Assembly (NCBI GenBank): GCA_031286285.1
Contig: JAITUN010000298.1
Coordinates: 1,799-65,798 of the forward strand
Direction: 5' to 3'
Source: Bacteroidales bacterium
GTDB taxonomy: Bacteria; Bacteroidota; Bacteroidia; Bacteroidales; WCHB1-69
DNA: 64,000 nt
Notes under the pieces: model-generated
The model's input: the letters and a program-made list of their open reading frames with translations, nothing else
Told to the model about the DNA's origin: nothing
Databases searched by the model: none
Position numbers and translations under genes: made by a program
Part shown: piece by piece, positions 18,611-29,071 of the stretch
Layout: each line of letters begins with the position of its first letter
Numbering within the stretch: position 1 is the first letter of the stretch

Positions 18611-18859
18611 TTACTTTGTATAAACTTTCGATTCAATATAATCAACAAAATGAGATAAAGTCCTAACATCAGCCATCTCTTCGGGTTTAATTTTAAATCC
18701 GAAGTTACGTTCTACAATAACTACAATGTCAACAAAGTCAAGGCTATCTATCCCCAAGTCATCTTTCAATAATGCTTCATCAGCAATTTTATTTTCTTCA
18801 ATTTCCAGTTCTTCTACTAGAAAATTAGTTACAATTTCCTTAATTTCTTCTTTTGTCAT
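18611..18859 (-). CDS. acyl carrier protein
   Basis: 82 aa, acidic, with the phosphopantetheine attachment motif LGIDSLDFVDIV. Confidence 0.85.
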   Translation of the reverse strand: MTKEEIKEIVTNFLVEELEIEENKIADEALLKDDLGIDSLDFVDIVVIVERNFGFKIKPEEMADVRTLSHFVDYIESKVYTK

Positions 18860-20091
18860 AATACTTTATTATTTATTTTTTTTACGATAAGCACGCTGTT
18901 TGTTCCTCCAAATCCAAAAGAATTTGAAAGGAAAATATCAATATTCTTGTTTACACATTTAGGGGGGATATTCAATTTAGCAGAATATTCGTCAGGGGTA
19001 TCAAAGTTAATATTTGGAGCAATGAATGAATTTTTCATCATCAGCAGAGAGTAAAGTAATTCACTGGCTCCAGCCATCCAACACTCATGTCCTGTCATTG
19101 ATTTTGTTGAACTTACAAAAGGGCGATGGGATCCAAAAGCTTTATCAAGGGCAATAGCCTCGTAGACATCGCCTTGCGGAGTTGAAGTTGCATGTGCGTT
19201 AATATAGTCAACATCTTTTGCTTTGATATTAGCGTCAATCAGAGCTCTATTTATGGCTATTAGGCTTCCTTGGTCGCTTGGTTGCGAAATATTTGCACCA
19301 TTTGAAGAGACACCATAGCCAATAATTTCGGCCAAAATTGGCGCTCCTCTTTTAACAGCATGTTGATATTCTTCAAGAATCAGACTTGCAGCACCACCGC
19401 TTGGGATCAATCCATCTCTATCCGCGTCAAAAGGCCGAGATGCTTTTTCAGGCTCGTCAATACGCATAGAAAAGGCGCTTAATGCATCGAAACTTGCCAT
19501 TGAGAAGAGGTTTGTTTCTTGTGCTCCACCGCATAAAACCATACTTTGGATTCCATTTTTAATAAAGAGATAGCCTAATCCAATAGCATGTGATCCACTT
19601 GCACAGGCTGCGCTAATGGTCATATTGACTCCTTTCAATTTAAAGATTGTGGAAAGGTTCATCGTAACAGTTGAGTTCATTGATTGAAATACAGCTCCTG
19701 ACCCAAGCAAAGAAGTATCTCTCTTAACTCGCATAATTTCATGAGATTCTATTACAGATTTTGCGGAAGAATCATTTCCGTAGAAAATACCCATTTCATT
19801 ATTTTCCAGGTATTCCAAGTCAATACCAGCATTTTTCAATGCTTCCACAGTAGCCATGTAGGCATATTCTCCTTCTTCAGCCATTCCAATTCTTAACCTT
19901 CTATCTAAAATTCCTTTTAATACAGGGATAGGCACAATTCCTGTAAGAGGAGAACGATAGCCATATTCTTTACGCTCTTCATCAACCCCAATACCTGATT
20001 TTCCAAAAAACAAAGATTGGGTAACTTCTTCTATATTTTTTCCGATACAAGACCATATACCAAGACCTGTAATAACAACACGTTTCATCAT
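18856..20091 (-). CDS. beta-ketoacyl-ACP synthase (FabB/FabF-like)
   Basis: 411 aa. Cys box ISAACASGSHAIG, His boxes NAHATSTPQGD and TGHECWMAGA, NSFGFGGTN. Confidence 0.9.
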   Translation of the reverse strand: MMKRVVITGLGIWSCIGKNIEEVTQSLFFGKSGIGVDEERKEYGYRSPLTGIVPIPVLKGILDRRLRIGMAEEGEYAYMATVEALKNAGIDLEYLENNEMGIFYGNDSSAKSVIESHEIMRVKRDTSLLGSGAVFQSMNSTVTMNLSTIFKLKGVNMTISAACASGSHAIGLGYLFIKNGIQSMVLCGGAQETNLFSMASFDALSAFSMRIDEPEKASRPFDADRDGLIPSGGAASLILEEYQHAVKRGAPILAEIIGYGVSSNGANISQPSDQGSLIAINRALIDANIKAKDVDYINAHATSTPQGDVYEAIALDKAFGSHRPFVSSTKSMTGHECWMAGASELLYSLLMMKNSFIAPNINFDTPDEYSAKLNIPPKCVNKNIDIFLSNSFGFGGTNSVLIVKKINNKVL

Positions 20092-20117
20092 AAATTATCA
20101 AGCATATAGTTTTTCAT

Positions 20118-21644
20118 TTATTTTAAAAAAGTTGGCAAAGATAGATTTTTTTCTTTAATATTTTTCAACAGTTTATCAAGCCCAATTAATTCACCACAAG
20201 TTAAAATTGCAGTAAGTGGAACCCCCAAAATACCATGTAAATTAATATTTTGGCCTGTGAGAAGAAAATTATCAATCTTAGTTCGAATAGGAATTTGTGA
20301 AACAGGCATATTGTTGCAATCACTAATAGTTCCATAAATTGCACCTTCTTTTACATTATAATAATCCCTAATCGTTAGTGGAGAAGCGCTAAATACAGTA
20401 TTTATCTTTGAGCGAAAATCAGGGAAAATTTTTTCCATCATATCCAGCACTTTGTTTTCATAATTCGTTTTAAAATTTTCATATTCAGGACCACGTTTCC
20501 CGATGGTTGTATTCTCCCATTTCTTAACACTGTCAAATTTCATAATTGTGCTTATAATCATTTTTTTTGCAAAAGTGTCATGATAAGTCATCGGTGGTGT
20601 TAAATACATACATCCCCGAGGCCAACTTTCTGATGTATATTCGGCACAATTCCATACATCATCGTAGTCATGCGCATAAAAATTTGAATAGTTTTGATAT
20701 GGAAAACTTTGAGGTTTAAATGTAACAAAAGTAATAAAGGCTGAATTTGAATTTTGTATATTGTCAATTCGTTGATAATACGCCTTTTTAAAATTACACG
20801 TATCCACAATCTTAAACATTGAGGAAGGATGAATGGAAGAGATATACCAATCTGCCATATATTCTTTTCCATTTTCGGCTACTACTTTTAGTATGTGTTG
20901 TTCTTTAATATCGATGAAACTTGCACTTGTATTTGTCAGCACTTCTCCACCGTTTTCTTCGATGATCTGCACTAAAGCATCAGCAAGATGTTGGCTACCT
21001 CCAACAAAACGACTAGCTCCTTCAATATAAAAATGCGTTATAAGTGCTCCTACATAAGCCGGTGTTTTGTTTTTCCTGCCTCCATACATTGCATTGTTCC
21101 ATGCCAGAACAGTTTGCAGTTTTGGATTATCAGTATAGGAAGCAATGAGGTCTGAAATACTTGTTTCCATAACCTCAATATTAGAGTAAATATCTGCGGA
21201 AGGCATACGCAGATTATAAATGGGGATATTTTCGCAAATTTGATATATCTTTTTGATATAGTCTCTTATATTCTCTTTTTCTTCAGGAAAGTATGTGCTG
21301 AGTGTTTTCACGAAATTGTCTTGTCCTCGTGCCATTTTGTATGTTACTCCATCAGCAGCCACATGAAAATGATCAAATCCGTCTTCGTCTGCAGGTTTAA
21401 TGTGCAACTTGTCTACTATACCAATGTATGAAAATAGTTTATTTAAAGTGCCATTATGTTGAAATCCGCTGATTAGATGCATCCCTGTTTCAAACTCAAT
21501 ATCATTTCGTTTAAATGTGTGCAACCCGCCGCCTGCAACCTTGTGTTTTTCTAATACACGAACACTATACCCTTCAATGGAAAGAATTGCTCCGCAAACT
21601 AATCCTCCAATTCCACCTCCAATAATTAAAATGTTTTTTTTCAT
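20118..21644 (-). CDS. CrtI/phytoene-desaturase-family FAD-dependent oxidoreductase, copy A
   Basis: 508 aa. Dinucleotide-binding N-terminus ILIIGGGIGGLVCGAILSIEGYSVRVLEKHKVAGGG. C-terminal LLTGQNINLHGILG is shared with copy B. Confidence 0.8.
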   Translation of the reverse strand: MKKNILIIGGGIGGLVCGAILSIEGYSVRVLEKHKVAGGGLHTFKRNDIEFETGMHLISGFQHNGTLNKLFSYIGIVDKLHIKPADEDGFDHFHVAADGVTYKMARGQDNFVKTLSTYFPEEKENIRDYIKKIYQICENIPIYNLRMPSADIYSNIEVMETSISDLIASYTDNPKLQTVLAWNNAMYGGRKNKTPAYVGALITHFYIEGASRFVGGSQHLADALVQIIEENGGEVLTNTSASFIDIKEQHILKVVAENGKEYMADWYISSIHPSSMFKIVDTCNFKKAYYQRIDNIQNSNSAFITFVTFKPQSFPYQNYSNFYAHDYDDVWNCAEYTSESWPRGCMYLTPPMTYHDTFAKKMIISTIMKFDSVKKWENTTIGKRGPEYENFKTNYENKVLDMMEKIFPDFRSKINTVFSASPLTIRDYYNVKEGAIYGTISDCNNMPVSQIPIRTKIDNFLLTGQNINLHGILGVPLTAILTCGELIGLDKLLKNIKEKNLSLPTFLK

Positions 21645-23134
21645 AACCTACAATTTTTAATTTGCTCCCAAAGAAATTCTCGCCCGATAAGTTCAGAACA
21701 AGTGATGACTGAACCAATAATAACACCCATAATCCCATGAGAGTTCGTATTTTGCCCTGTAAAAAACAGATTAGGAATTCTTGTACGATGAACAATACGC
21801 GGAGTATTGACATTTCTTAACACACCATAAGCCGAACCTTTTATTGTTCCTGTATAATTCAAGTAAGTGAGGGGTGTTGATGTGTAATAATCCTCCACTT
21901 GGGCAAGTGTTCCGGGAAATTGAGCTTCTATTTGTAAAAGTAATTTCTCTGCCCTACGTTTTTTAAACTCTTTATAGGCCTCACCTCTTTGTTCAACCTT
22001 AGTACCAGCCCATTGAGCCACTTCTTCAAAATTCATAATTGTGATAATCTCTCCTGTTTGTGCATATCTGGAAAATTGTTCAGGACAAAGGTGCATATAA
22101 AGATAGCCCCTTGGCCAATCATCTGTCGTGTAGTTTTCACAATTCCACACTTCGTCTCCTGAATAATGATAAAAATTATGATTCATATAAGGCACCTTAT
22201 TTTCTTTAAATTTCAGATAAACTGTAAAATATGCAACTGTTTGTTCCATCTGATATATTCGATTTCGAAATATGGGACGGATTAAATGAGAATCAATCAT
22301 ATTAACAGTAATCTCAGGATGAGTATTAGAGATAAAATAATTAGCTTCCACGTGAGTGCCGTTTTCTAATACTATGCATTTTGCTTCAACACTGTTGCAA
22401 ACAATTTCACGTACTTTACTCGATAAAAAGATTTCACCACCAAATGAACGAATCGAATTTACCAATGAATTGGCAATTTTGTCACTCCCTCCCATAATCC
22501 GATACGCTCCTGAAATATTAGAATCTTTAATAAAAGCATGGACATATAAAGGCGTTTTTTCTTTTATTCCTGAATAAAGTGGAACTAATCCCACAAGTAC
22601 GTTTTGTAATATTTTATCTGAAGTAATTTGAGCTACAAAATCGCTAACCTTTGTAGTAGCATAGTTAGAATTGAATTGAAAAGATTCATCAGAATTGTTG
22701 ATAGAATGAAAAGGAGAACTGAGTACTATTTCTCTAATTTTTCTCGTATATAGTTTAATATTATTATACTCACTGGGAAATTTTTGTGACAATGTTTCAA
22801 TAAAGTTTTCATATCCAGTTGCATATTTATACTGCTCATTATTATATGAAATTATATCGAATCCTTCAGGGTCTAACGGATATAGTTTAATGTTTTGAAA
22901 AAGAGACAAGTACTTAAAGAATAGATGAAGAGTTTGCCCCTCATTCATACTACCAATATAATGCACTCCTGTTTCAAATTTAACACCTTTTCTTGTAAAT
23001 GTTTGCAAGCACCCTCCAGGTTGACTCCCTTGTTCAAAAACAGCAACTTTATATCCGTTTTTTGACAATATGTAACCACAAACAAGTCCACCCAAACCAC
23101 TTCCAATAATTACAACATCGTATTTATTATGCAT
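21641..23134 (-). CDS. CrtI/phytoene-desaturase-family FAD-dependent oxidoreductase, copy B
   Basis: 497 aa. VVIIGSGLGGLVCGYILSKNGYKVAVFEQGSQPGG. Collinear with copy A (WNCxxYTxxxWPRG, FFTGQNTNSHGIMG). A 4-bp overlap links it to copy A. Confidence 0.8.
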   Translation of the reverse strand: MHNKYDVVIIGSGLGGLVCGYILSKNGYKVAVFEQGSQPGGCLQTFTRKGVKFETGVHYIGSMNEGQTLHLFFKYLSLFQNIKLYPLDPEGFDIISYNNEQYKYATGYENFIETLSQKFPSEYNNIKLYTRKIREIVLSSPFHSINNSDESFQFNSNYATTKVSDFVAQITSDKILQNVLVGLVPLYSGIKEKTPLYVHAFIKDSNISGAYRIMGGSDKIANSLVNSIRSFGGEIFLSSKVREIVCNSVEAKCIVLENGTHVEANYFISNTHPEITVNMIDSHLIRPIFRNRIYQMEQTVAYFTVYLKFKENKVPYMNHNFYHYSGDEVWNCENYTTDDWPRGYLYMHLCPEQFSRYAQTGEIITIMNFEEVAQWAGTKVEQRGEAYKEFKKRRAEKLLLQIEAQFPGTLAQVEDYYTSTPLTYLNYTGTIKGSAYGVLRNVNTPRIVHRTRIPNLFFTGQNTNSHGIMGVIIGSVITCSELIGREFLWEQIKNCRL

Positions 23135-23161
23135 TTTTTTAAATTCAAAAGCAAAAATATA

Positions 23162-26100
23162 TTATTTTCCAAACAGTCGTAAATTATTTTCAATCTTCAA
23201 ATTCACTACAGCATCAAAACTTTCAATCTCTTTGTCTTCAATTGTTAAGGCATAGTGCAAATAAGAAGGCACAGAAGTGCAGTTAGCTGCTAATTCCAAC
23301 TTATCAGGGTCACTTTCAACAGCCATTATCTCAATATTTTTATTTACTAGAGAAAGTAGCAACGGTAATTCTCCATATCCGCAATTTAAAATGAGAACCC
23401 TTTTTAAATGGGATAATTTGTAGATTAACTCACAATAATTATGGTATTTTTTTAGATTTCGACGTACAATACGCTCCACCGATATTCCTTTGTAAATATA
23501 GTTATGAATCACTAAATCAGAGTAATAATTAGGAGTTTCGACTTTTGCCACCAATTTTGCGTACTCCTCTTTATAGAACTTTCTCATATTTTTTGAACAC
23601 TCCACATAATTCTCTCCCAAAGCATTGTATGCTACTCTTGGCAAAACATTGATTCGCATTTCGCCTTTACGTAACATAAACTCTTTTTTGGGCAAGAGAT
23701 GCCCTACGCCATGAATGAGTACGGGTATAATATCTAATTTTAGATGCTCTGCTAATAAAAACGCTCCACGATGAAAACGTTGTATAGAGCAATCTTCGGA
23801 GCGTGTGCCTTCTGGAAAAATCATTATCGAATACCCTTTTTCCACAATAGCTTGCAACTTGTCTATTGCATTTTCAATACCATTTGAGACAGGGTAAAAA
23901 TCTGCATATTTAATGAGTTTACCATAAAACGGCGAATTCCAAACCCAATCGTTAGTTAGAATAATTAATTTCGGTGAAAGACTCATGATGCACATTAAAT
24001 CAATATGTGACTGATGATTACAAATTATCACAGCAGGTTTATCAAATATGGTCTTGTCAAAATTGTTGTAAATTGTTTTTACACGAGGAATTCGCATCAC
24101 AACATAATGGGCTACTTTATAAATTAAGCGATGAAACCGCATTTTCTTTTTATCTGTAGTTTTTCCAAAAGTAAATACGAAAAAACCAGCTAAGGTAAGA
24201 AAAAAAGTTCCCAAAAGAAATACCACAAATGCATAGATTGAATAAGATAGATTGAGCAAAGTAATGGGCATTAATCTCTGTTTACCATTATGTTTCGTAA
24301 GCCATTTGAAAATAACCTGGGGTAACAAGAATGCCATAAGTACAACAGACCCCATTCCAATAATAGTAACTTCTGCCAACGAACGCAACGCTGGATGTTT
24401 AGCCAAAATAAGAGTACCAATTCCCACAAACATAACAAGTGACGACAAGGTAATAGTGTTTTTATATGAAACAAGCAATTTTCTTTTGTAAGCATATTCG
24501 TATATCAAGCCTTCAGTAATAAAAATGGTATAGTCATCCCCTTGTCCAAAAATAAAAGTTGCTAGAATAATGTTTACAATGTTAAAACGAATATCTAAAA
24601 TATCCATGATTCCAAGTATCCAAAACCACCCGACAGTAAGGGGGAGAAAAGCAAGCAGTGTCAATTCTATTCTTCCAAATGTGAAAAGAAGAAAAAGAAA
24701 AACAATTGTACTACATATAAAGAGTACTCTGTCAAAATCATTTGAAAGTGTACTAACCATATTTCGTCCTATGGTTCCGACGTCAAAAGCAAAAGATTTT
24801 TTGTGTATGGCATTTAAAGCATCTTCCAACTCATCCAATTCATTAGAATTTGTATGCAGAACTGCCATTACCATATAATTACCTTTTTTGTTCACAATGT
24901 AATTATGGGCTAACGTGGCTATAAGCGGTTCAAAAAAATCGATATCATGCAATTCGAAATTTTTGCTAAGGATATTGTTGAATCTTGAAAATGCACCCGA
25001 TATAAAGCCTGCTTCCACTCCAATTTCATCAATTTGAGCAAGAATATCCTTCTTTTTTTCGCAAAACTGTTTCCAACATTCAACTCTTTTCTTTTGCATT
25101 GTTTTCGAAGGCAAGTAAGCTCCTACCCCACTCACTTTCGTGACTATTCCCACATTTTGCATACTATCTAACGTTATCTTTGCATTCTCGAAAACTTCCA
25201 AAGCCTCATCCATGTTTTCACCATTAGAAACAAAATAGATTGTTTTTTGCCCCTGCTCTAAAGTAGAAATCATTTTCTTAAAATCTTTTTGCTGGGTTTC
25301 AGTCATATAGTTTATGTTTTGCATATTTGTATCAAACTTTGTATTGAAACTAAGTAAGCAAAACAGTATGGTTAACGCAAGAAAAACCCATAAGAACCAT
25401 TTTCTGCGTTTGGGCTTCCAAGAAAGAAGTTTACCAAAGGTAAGTTTATGTTCATCAAGAGTTGAATTTGTATTGATACTTTTTCCTAACAGGTGAGGAA
25501 GAAACAAAAGCACAAAAAAGATTGTTCCTGCAAGCAACAAGGCTGCAAAAAGTCCTAAATCGTGCATAGCTTCGCTGCTGATAAACAGGAGGCTCAAAAA
25601 AGCGCCAACAGTAGTAATATTTCCAATCGTTAGCGGGGTAACAATATTTTTAATGACATTAGGGATATGCGATTCATGTTTCCTGTTCATGATGAAATGT
25701 AAAGGATAATTCACTGCCACTCCAATAATTATCGAACTGATACCCACTGCAATAATTGAAATTTCATTTTTAAAGAGAGAGAGAATTCCAATAGCAAATA
25801 GCCAGCCGAACAGTAGCGAAATGAACATCAAAAGCAAATTTTTCGAACTTCTGAAAGCAAAAATCAAAATACTTAAAATAAGTATAATAGCAATAATACA
25901 AGAGATCAAACTGTCTTTTTTTATTCTTTTTGAATTAGTAACTGCAATATCCACAGACCCAAAGTAATGTACTTTGATTTTATAATCAAAATTTGAATGT
26001 GTTTGAGCTGCTACCTTGTCTATTAATCTCAACAGCAATTCATTTTGGCGTGTTTCACTGGGCGGAAACTGCGATTCAATTGTAATAATTGCCTCTTTTC

Positions 26101-26731
26101 TATCTTTAGAAAAAATAAAATCGTTGCACATTTGAAACTGATCACTTACTTGAAAATCTCTCAAGCCCATCAAAACTGACGACGACAAGTGTAGTGGGTC
26201 ATTCATTATGTTTTGCTTCATTACCATTCCGATTGGCAACATGAGCATCTGCTTATTGTTATGCATCTGCTGCCTGACATACTCTATTGTCAGCAAAGTG
26301 TCCATACGGTTATAATCTTGTTCTGTAAAAAAGTAGGGCATATTCTCCACCAAAAAATTTGATACAGAAAGAATTTGTTGCTGGTCAATCCGAAATTCAA
26401 TTTTTTTATAATAGATATTTGCCGAATCTTCTTTTTGCATTAGTTCAGCAAAAAAACAAACAGCTTCTATAATCAGTTCTTCATCGGGGCAAGCGAGAGT
26501 ATCCGACATACTTACAGTAACTAACAGTTTGTTTGCCGAGCCTATATGCTGGTACACATAGTTTATTCGTTCTGTATCATGTTCTTTTGATAAGAATGCC
26601 GAAATATCTTCTTTAAAACTGATACGGGAAGCCGAAAAAATGAGCAATAGAATCAATAAAATCAACAAACAGAACATCATCACTTTGTGTTTAGTGAAGA
26701 AGTTGTAGAGAGAAAGGATAAAATTGTCCAT
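23162..26731 (-). CDS. three-part fusion: MMPL/RND-like exporter + PlsC-type acyltransferase + short SAM-methyltransferase-like tail
   Basis: 1189 aa. About 850 aa hold two TM bundles typical of MMPL exporters. A canonical HX4D box follows (ICNHQSHIDLM, near residue 905; FPEGTRS further on). The C-terminus carries motif-I-like VLILNCGYGE and MAVESD (near residue 1110). Confidence 0.8.
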   Translation of the reverse strand: MDNFILSLYNFFTKHKVMMFCLLILLILLLIFSASRISFKEDISAFLSKEHDTERINYVYQHIGSANKLLVTVSMSDTLACPDEELIIEAVCFFAELMQKEDSANIYYKKIEFRIDQQQILSVSNFLVENMPYFFTEQDYNRMDTLLTIEYVRQQMHNNKQMLMLPIGMVMKQNIMNDPLHLSSSVLMGLRDFQVSDQFQMCNDFIFSKDRKEAIITIESQFPPSETRQNELLLRLIDKVAAQTHSNFDYKIKVHYFGSVDIAVTNSKRIKKDSLISCIIAIILILSILIFAFRSSKNLLLMFISLLFGWLFAIGILSLFKNEISIIAVGISSIIIGVAVNYPLHFIMNRKHESHIPNVIKNIVTPLTIGNITTVGAFLSLLFISSEAMHDLGLFAALLLAGTIFFVLLFLPHLLGKSINTNSTLDEHKLTFGKLLSWKPKRRKWFLWVFLALTILFCLLSFNTKFDTNMQNINYMTETQQKDFKKMISTLEQGQKTIYFVSNGENMDEALEVFENAKITLDSMQNVGIVTKVSGVGAYLPSKTMQKKRVECWKQFCEKKKDILAQIDEIGVEAGFISGAFSRFNNILSKNFELHDIDFFEPLIATLAHNYIVNKKGNYMVMAVLHTNSNELDELEDALNAIHKKSFAFDVGTIGRNMVSTLSNDFDRVLFICSTIVFLFLLFTFGRIELTLLAFLPLTVGWFWILGIMDILDIRFNIVNIILATFIFGQGDDYTIFITEGLIYEYAYKRKLLVSYKNTITLSSLVMFVGIGTLILAKHPALRSLAEVTIIGMGSVVLMAFLLPQVIFKWLTKHNGKQRLMPITLLNLSYSIYAFVVFLLGTFFLTLAGFFVFTFGKTTDKKKMRFHRLIYKVAHYVVMRIPRVKTIYNNFDKTIFDKPAVIICNHQSHIDLMCIMSLSPKLIILTNDWVWNSPFYGKLIKYADFYPVSNGIENAIDKLQAIVEKGYSIMIFPEGTRSEDCSIQRFHRGAFLLAEHLKLDIIPVLIHGVGHLLPKKEFMLRKGEMRINVLPRVAYNALGENYVECSKNMRKFYKEEYAKLVAKVETPNYYSDLVIHNYIYKGISVERIVRRNLKKYHNYCELIYKLSHLKRVLILNCGYGELPLLLSLVNKNIEIMAVESDPDKLELAANCTSVPSYLHYALTIEDKEIESFDAVVNLKIENNLRLFGK

Positions 26732-26761
26732 TGAAAAAATAACTAATTCTAAAATAGGTTT

Positions 26762-27523
26762 TTACTTAAAAATGGATTTGCTCTTGTTAACCAAGTATCT
26801 TATAAACTTCGTCGGATATCCATAAACCACTGCCAAAAAAGTAAACAGTGTATTGAGCAAACTGATACGTAAAAAATCAACGCCCGGGCGGAAATGGCTT
26901 ACTCTCTTCTCATCGGAGGCATAATAAACCCGAATAGGCACTGAAATCACTTTGATACCGCTCCATGCACAGCGCACAAGCATCTCTAATTCAGCTTCAT
27001 AACGTGATGTTATTGGACGAAGTCTCCTCATCTTTTCTAAAGGATACAAACGAAATCCGCTTTGAGTATCGGGCAGTTTTTGCCCTGTTTGTAAAGCAAA
27101 CCAAAAATTGGAAAATTTGTTTGCAAAACTGTTTTTCTTCGGCATATTATCCTGTGTCAGGTTTCTATTGCCCACCACCATCGTATCCGGTTCATTTTGT
27201 GCTACTTTCACAAATAAAGGAATATCATCGGCAAAATGTTGCCCATCCGAGTCGAGGGTTAAAGCATATTTGAAGCCTCTCTCTTGTGCGTAATCAAATC
27301 CACATTTCAGCGCAAACCCTTTTCCTCTGTTAATAGTGTATGAGATTATTCTAATTTTCTCACGAAATAGATCAAGTATTTCGTTTGTATTATCAGTTGA
27401 CCCGTCGTTAACTACTACTATTTCAAAATCATATTCCAACACAGAATCAATTACTGCGGCCACTGTTTTTGCATTATTAAAAGTAGGAATTACGACACAA
27501 ATGCCTAAATTACTCATAGTCAA
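26762..27523 (-). CDS. family 2 glycosyltransferase
   Basis: 253 aa. CVVIPTFNNAKT, VVVNDGSTDNT and LDSDGQH (the DxD region) are typical of GT2. Confidence 0.85.
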   Translation of the reverse strand: MTMSNLGICVVIPTFNNAKTVAAVIDSVLEYDFEIVVVNDGSTDNTNEILDLFREKIRIISYTINRGKGFALKCGFDYAQERGFKYALTLDSDGQHFADDIPLFVKVAQNEPDTMVVGNRNLTQDNMPKKNSFANKFSNFWFALQTGQKLPDTQSGFRLYPLEKMRRLRPITSRYEAELEMLVRCAWSGIKVISVPIRVYYASDEKRVSHFRPGVDFLRISLLNTLFTFLAVVYGYPTKFIRYLVNKSKSIFK

Positions 27524-28052
27524 TTCTAATTAATGTATAGTTGATGGCTCTCTTTTTATTTTTATAGATAATTTTTCCATCGGGTAGCCTTTTAAGTTCT
27601 TTTCGGTTTTTATAGATAACCGATAAAGTATCTTGAGCAGATACTCTCACACTTTTTATACCTTCTTCATACTTAGGGTTATCAATCTCCATAATAAACT
27701 GAATATCTGATGCAATTACTCTTTTCACATACCATTTATCAAGAAAGGAGATTACGTTCATCAATTCACATTTTTGTGGCGTAGAAACAAAGTCGAAAAC
27801 CTTAACTCCGAACTCATTGATTATGGTTCCTTTCCACAATCCATTGCTTTGTTTAACAATACAGATGCTTGAAATATTGGTTTTTGGAGTTGAGAATATG
27901 AGTCGATACTCGTTTTTTTGTATAGTATCTCTAATTTCCGTTCTCCAAAACGAAATAAGGTTTGTTTTCGGACCAATTACCATATTATTGGAAGAGGTAC
28001 AAGCAAAAAAAAGAGCTATGAAAAGACTACTGAATAGCAAATACCTCATCAC
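27510..28052 (-). CDS. hypothetical lipoprotein
   Basis: 180 aa. Lipobox-like LFFAC at the end of the signal peptide. It overlaps both neighbours (14 and 26 bp), so the exact start is uncertain. Confidence 0.5.
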   Translation of the reverse strand: MMRYLLFSSLFIALFFACTSSNNMVIGPKTNLISFWRTEIRDTIQKNEYRLIFSTPKTNISSICIVKQSNGLWKGTIINEFGVKVFDFVSTPQKCELMNVISFLDKWYVKRVIASDIQFIMEIDNPKYEEGIKSVRVSAQDTLSVIYKNRKELKRLPDGKIIYKNKKRAINYTLIRIDYE

Positions 28053-28671
28053 TCAATTCTTTATTTATCTGTTTGTTTTTCATCTCAATAAGTGTAATAT
28101 CTCCGTTAGGTTCTTCAATTTCTACTGAATTTACGGTATAATCGGTTTTGTTAAAACGCAAACGAATTTCATTGAACATCAATGCGAGCTCTTTCTGTTT
28201 AGGTTTCAAAATCACCATATTATCTTTCGTACCTGTTTTAAATTGAAATAGAAACTTTGAGGTGTCAAAAATTCCGGAACCATTAATACCTGCGACAATA
28301 ATATTGCTTATCTCTTTGAACAGTTTATTTGAGTTGATATTAATCACATTTTTGGTTGTTCCTGAATTGAGCATCACTTTGTCTCCATTTATGATAAACT
28401 CATATTGATAGGGTTTTATATATTCCCATTTAAGTTTATCATTTTGCTTAAAAAACAGTCTTCCTTCTGAAACCATTTCGTCTGCAAGAATTGAAATTGT
28501 TTTCTTTTGGACAAAATCGCAACGCAATGTATGCAAATTCACAGACGATTCATTAATATTCTGTATCATCTCTTTTTGTTGCTGTTCTGAAGCAGGTTTA
28601 TAGTCAGATTGTGCCTTAGCAGAAGAAATAATTGTTAATATGCATAGGAAGAGAGTGATGAGTTTTTTCAT
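28027..28671 (-). CDS. LolA-like outer-membrane lipoprotein carrier family protein
   Basis: 214 aa with a signal peptide. FVQKKTISILADEMVSEGRLFFKQNDKLKWEYIKPYQYEFIINGDKV follows the LolA-family pattern seen in aryl-polyene/flexirubin clusters. Confidence 0.7.
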   Translation of the reverse strand: MKKLITLFLCILTIISSAKAQSDYKPASEQQQKEMIQNINESSVNLHTLRCDFVQKKTISILADEMVSEGRLFFKQNDKLKWEYIKPYQYEFIINGDKVMLNSGTTKNVININSNKLFKEISNIIVAGINGSGIFDTSKFLFQFKTGTKDNMVILKPKQKELALMFNEIRLRFNKTDYTVNSVEIEEPNGDITLIEMKNKQINKELSDEVFAIQ

Positions 28672-28675
28672 GTTT

Positions 28676-29029
28676 TTATTTTACAACAAAAACCACGCCG
28701 GCAATAATCAGACCTACACCAATCCATCTTGTAAGTGGTACTGTTTCGTGAAAGATAAATATTGCTGCTAACATTCCAAAAACGTATGCAAATGCTGTAA
28801 TAGGATATGCAACAGAAAACTCAAAGTGTTTCATGATGAACCCCCACAAAAGTGTTGCTGCAATTAGGCAAATGCCACTAACAAGCAACCACCAGTTTGT
28901 AAACAAGTTAGCAAAATCGTTCCACGTCCATTGAAAACTATTTATTTTCTCTACAGCAAGTTTAAAACAAACCAACCCGCTTGCTAATAAAAAACATTGA
29001 AACAGGGTTAGAAAAATTACTCTTAACAT
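28676..29029 (-). CDS. small 4-TM DMT/EamA-like membrane protein
   Basis: 117 aa, four hydrophobic helices. Size and pattern resemble ArnE/F- or SMR-like half transporters. Confidence 0.5.
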   Translation of the reverse strand: MLRVIFLTLFQCFLLASGLVCFKLAVEKINSFQWTWNDFANLFTNWWLLVSGICLIAATLLWGFIMKHFEFSVAYPITAFAYVFGMLAAIFIFHETVPLTRWIGVGLIIAGVVFVVK

Positions 29030-29071
29030 CAGAACTGTGAATTATGAAATTGAATTGTAAGATCTACAGCA

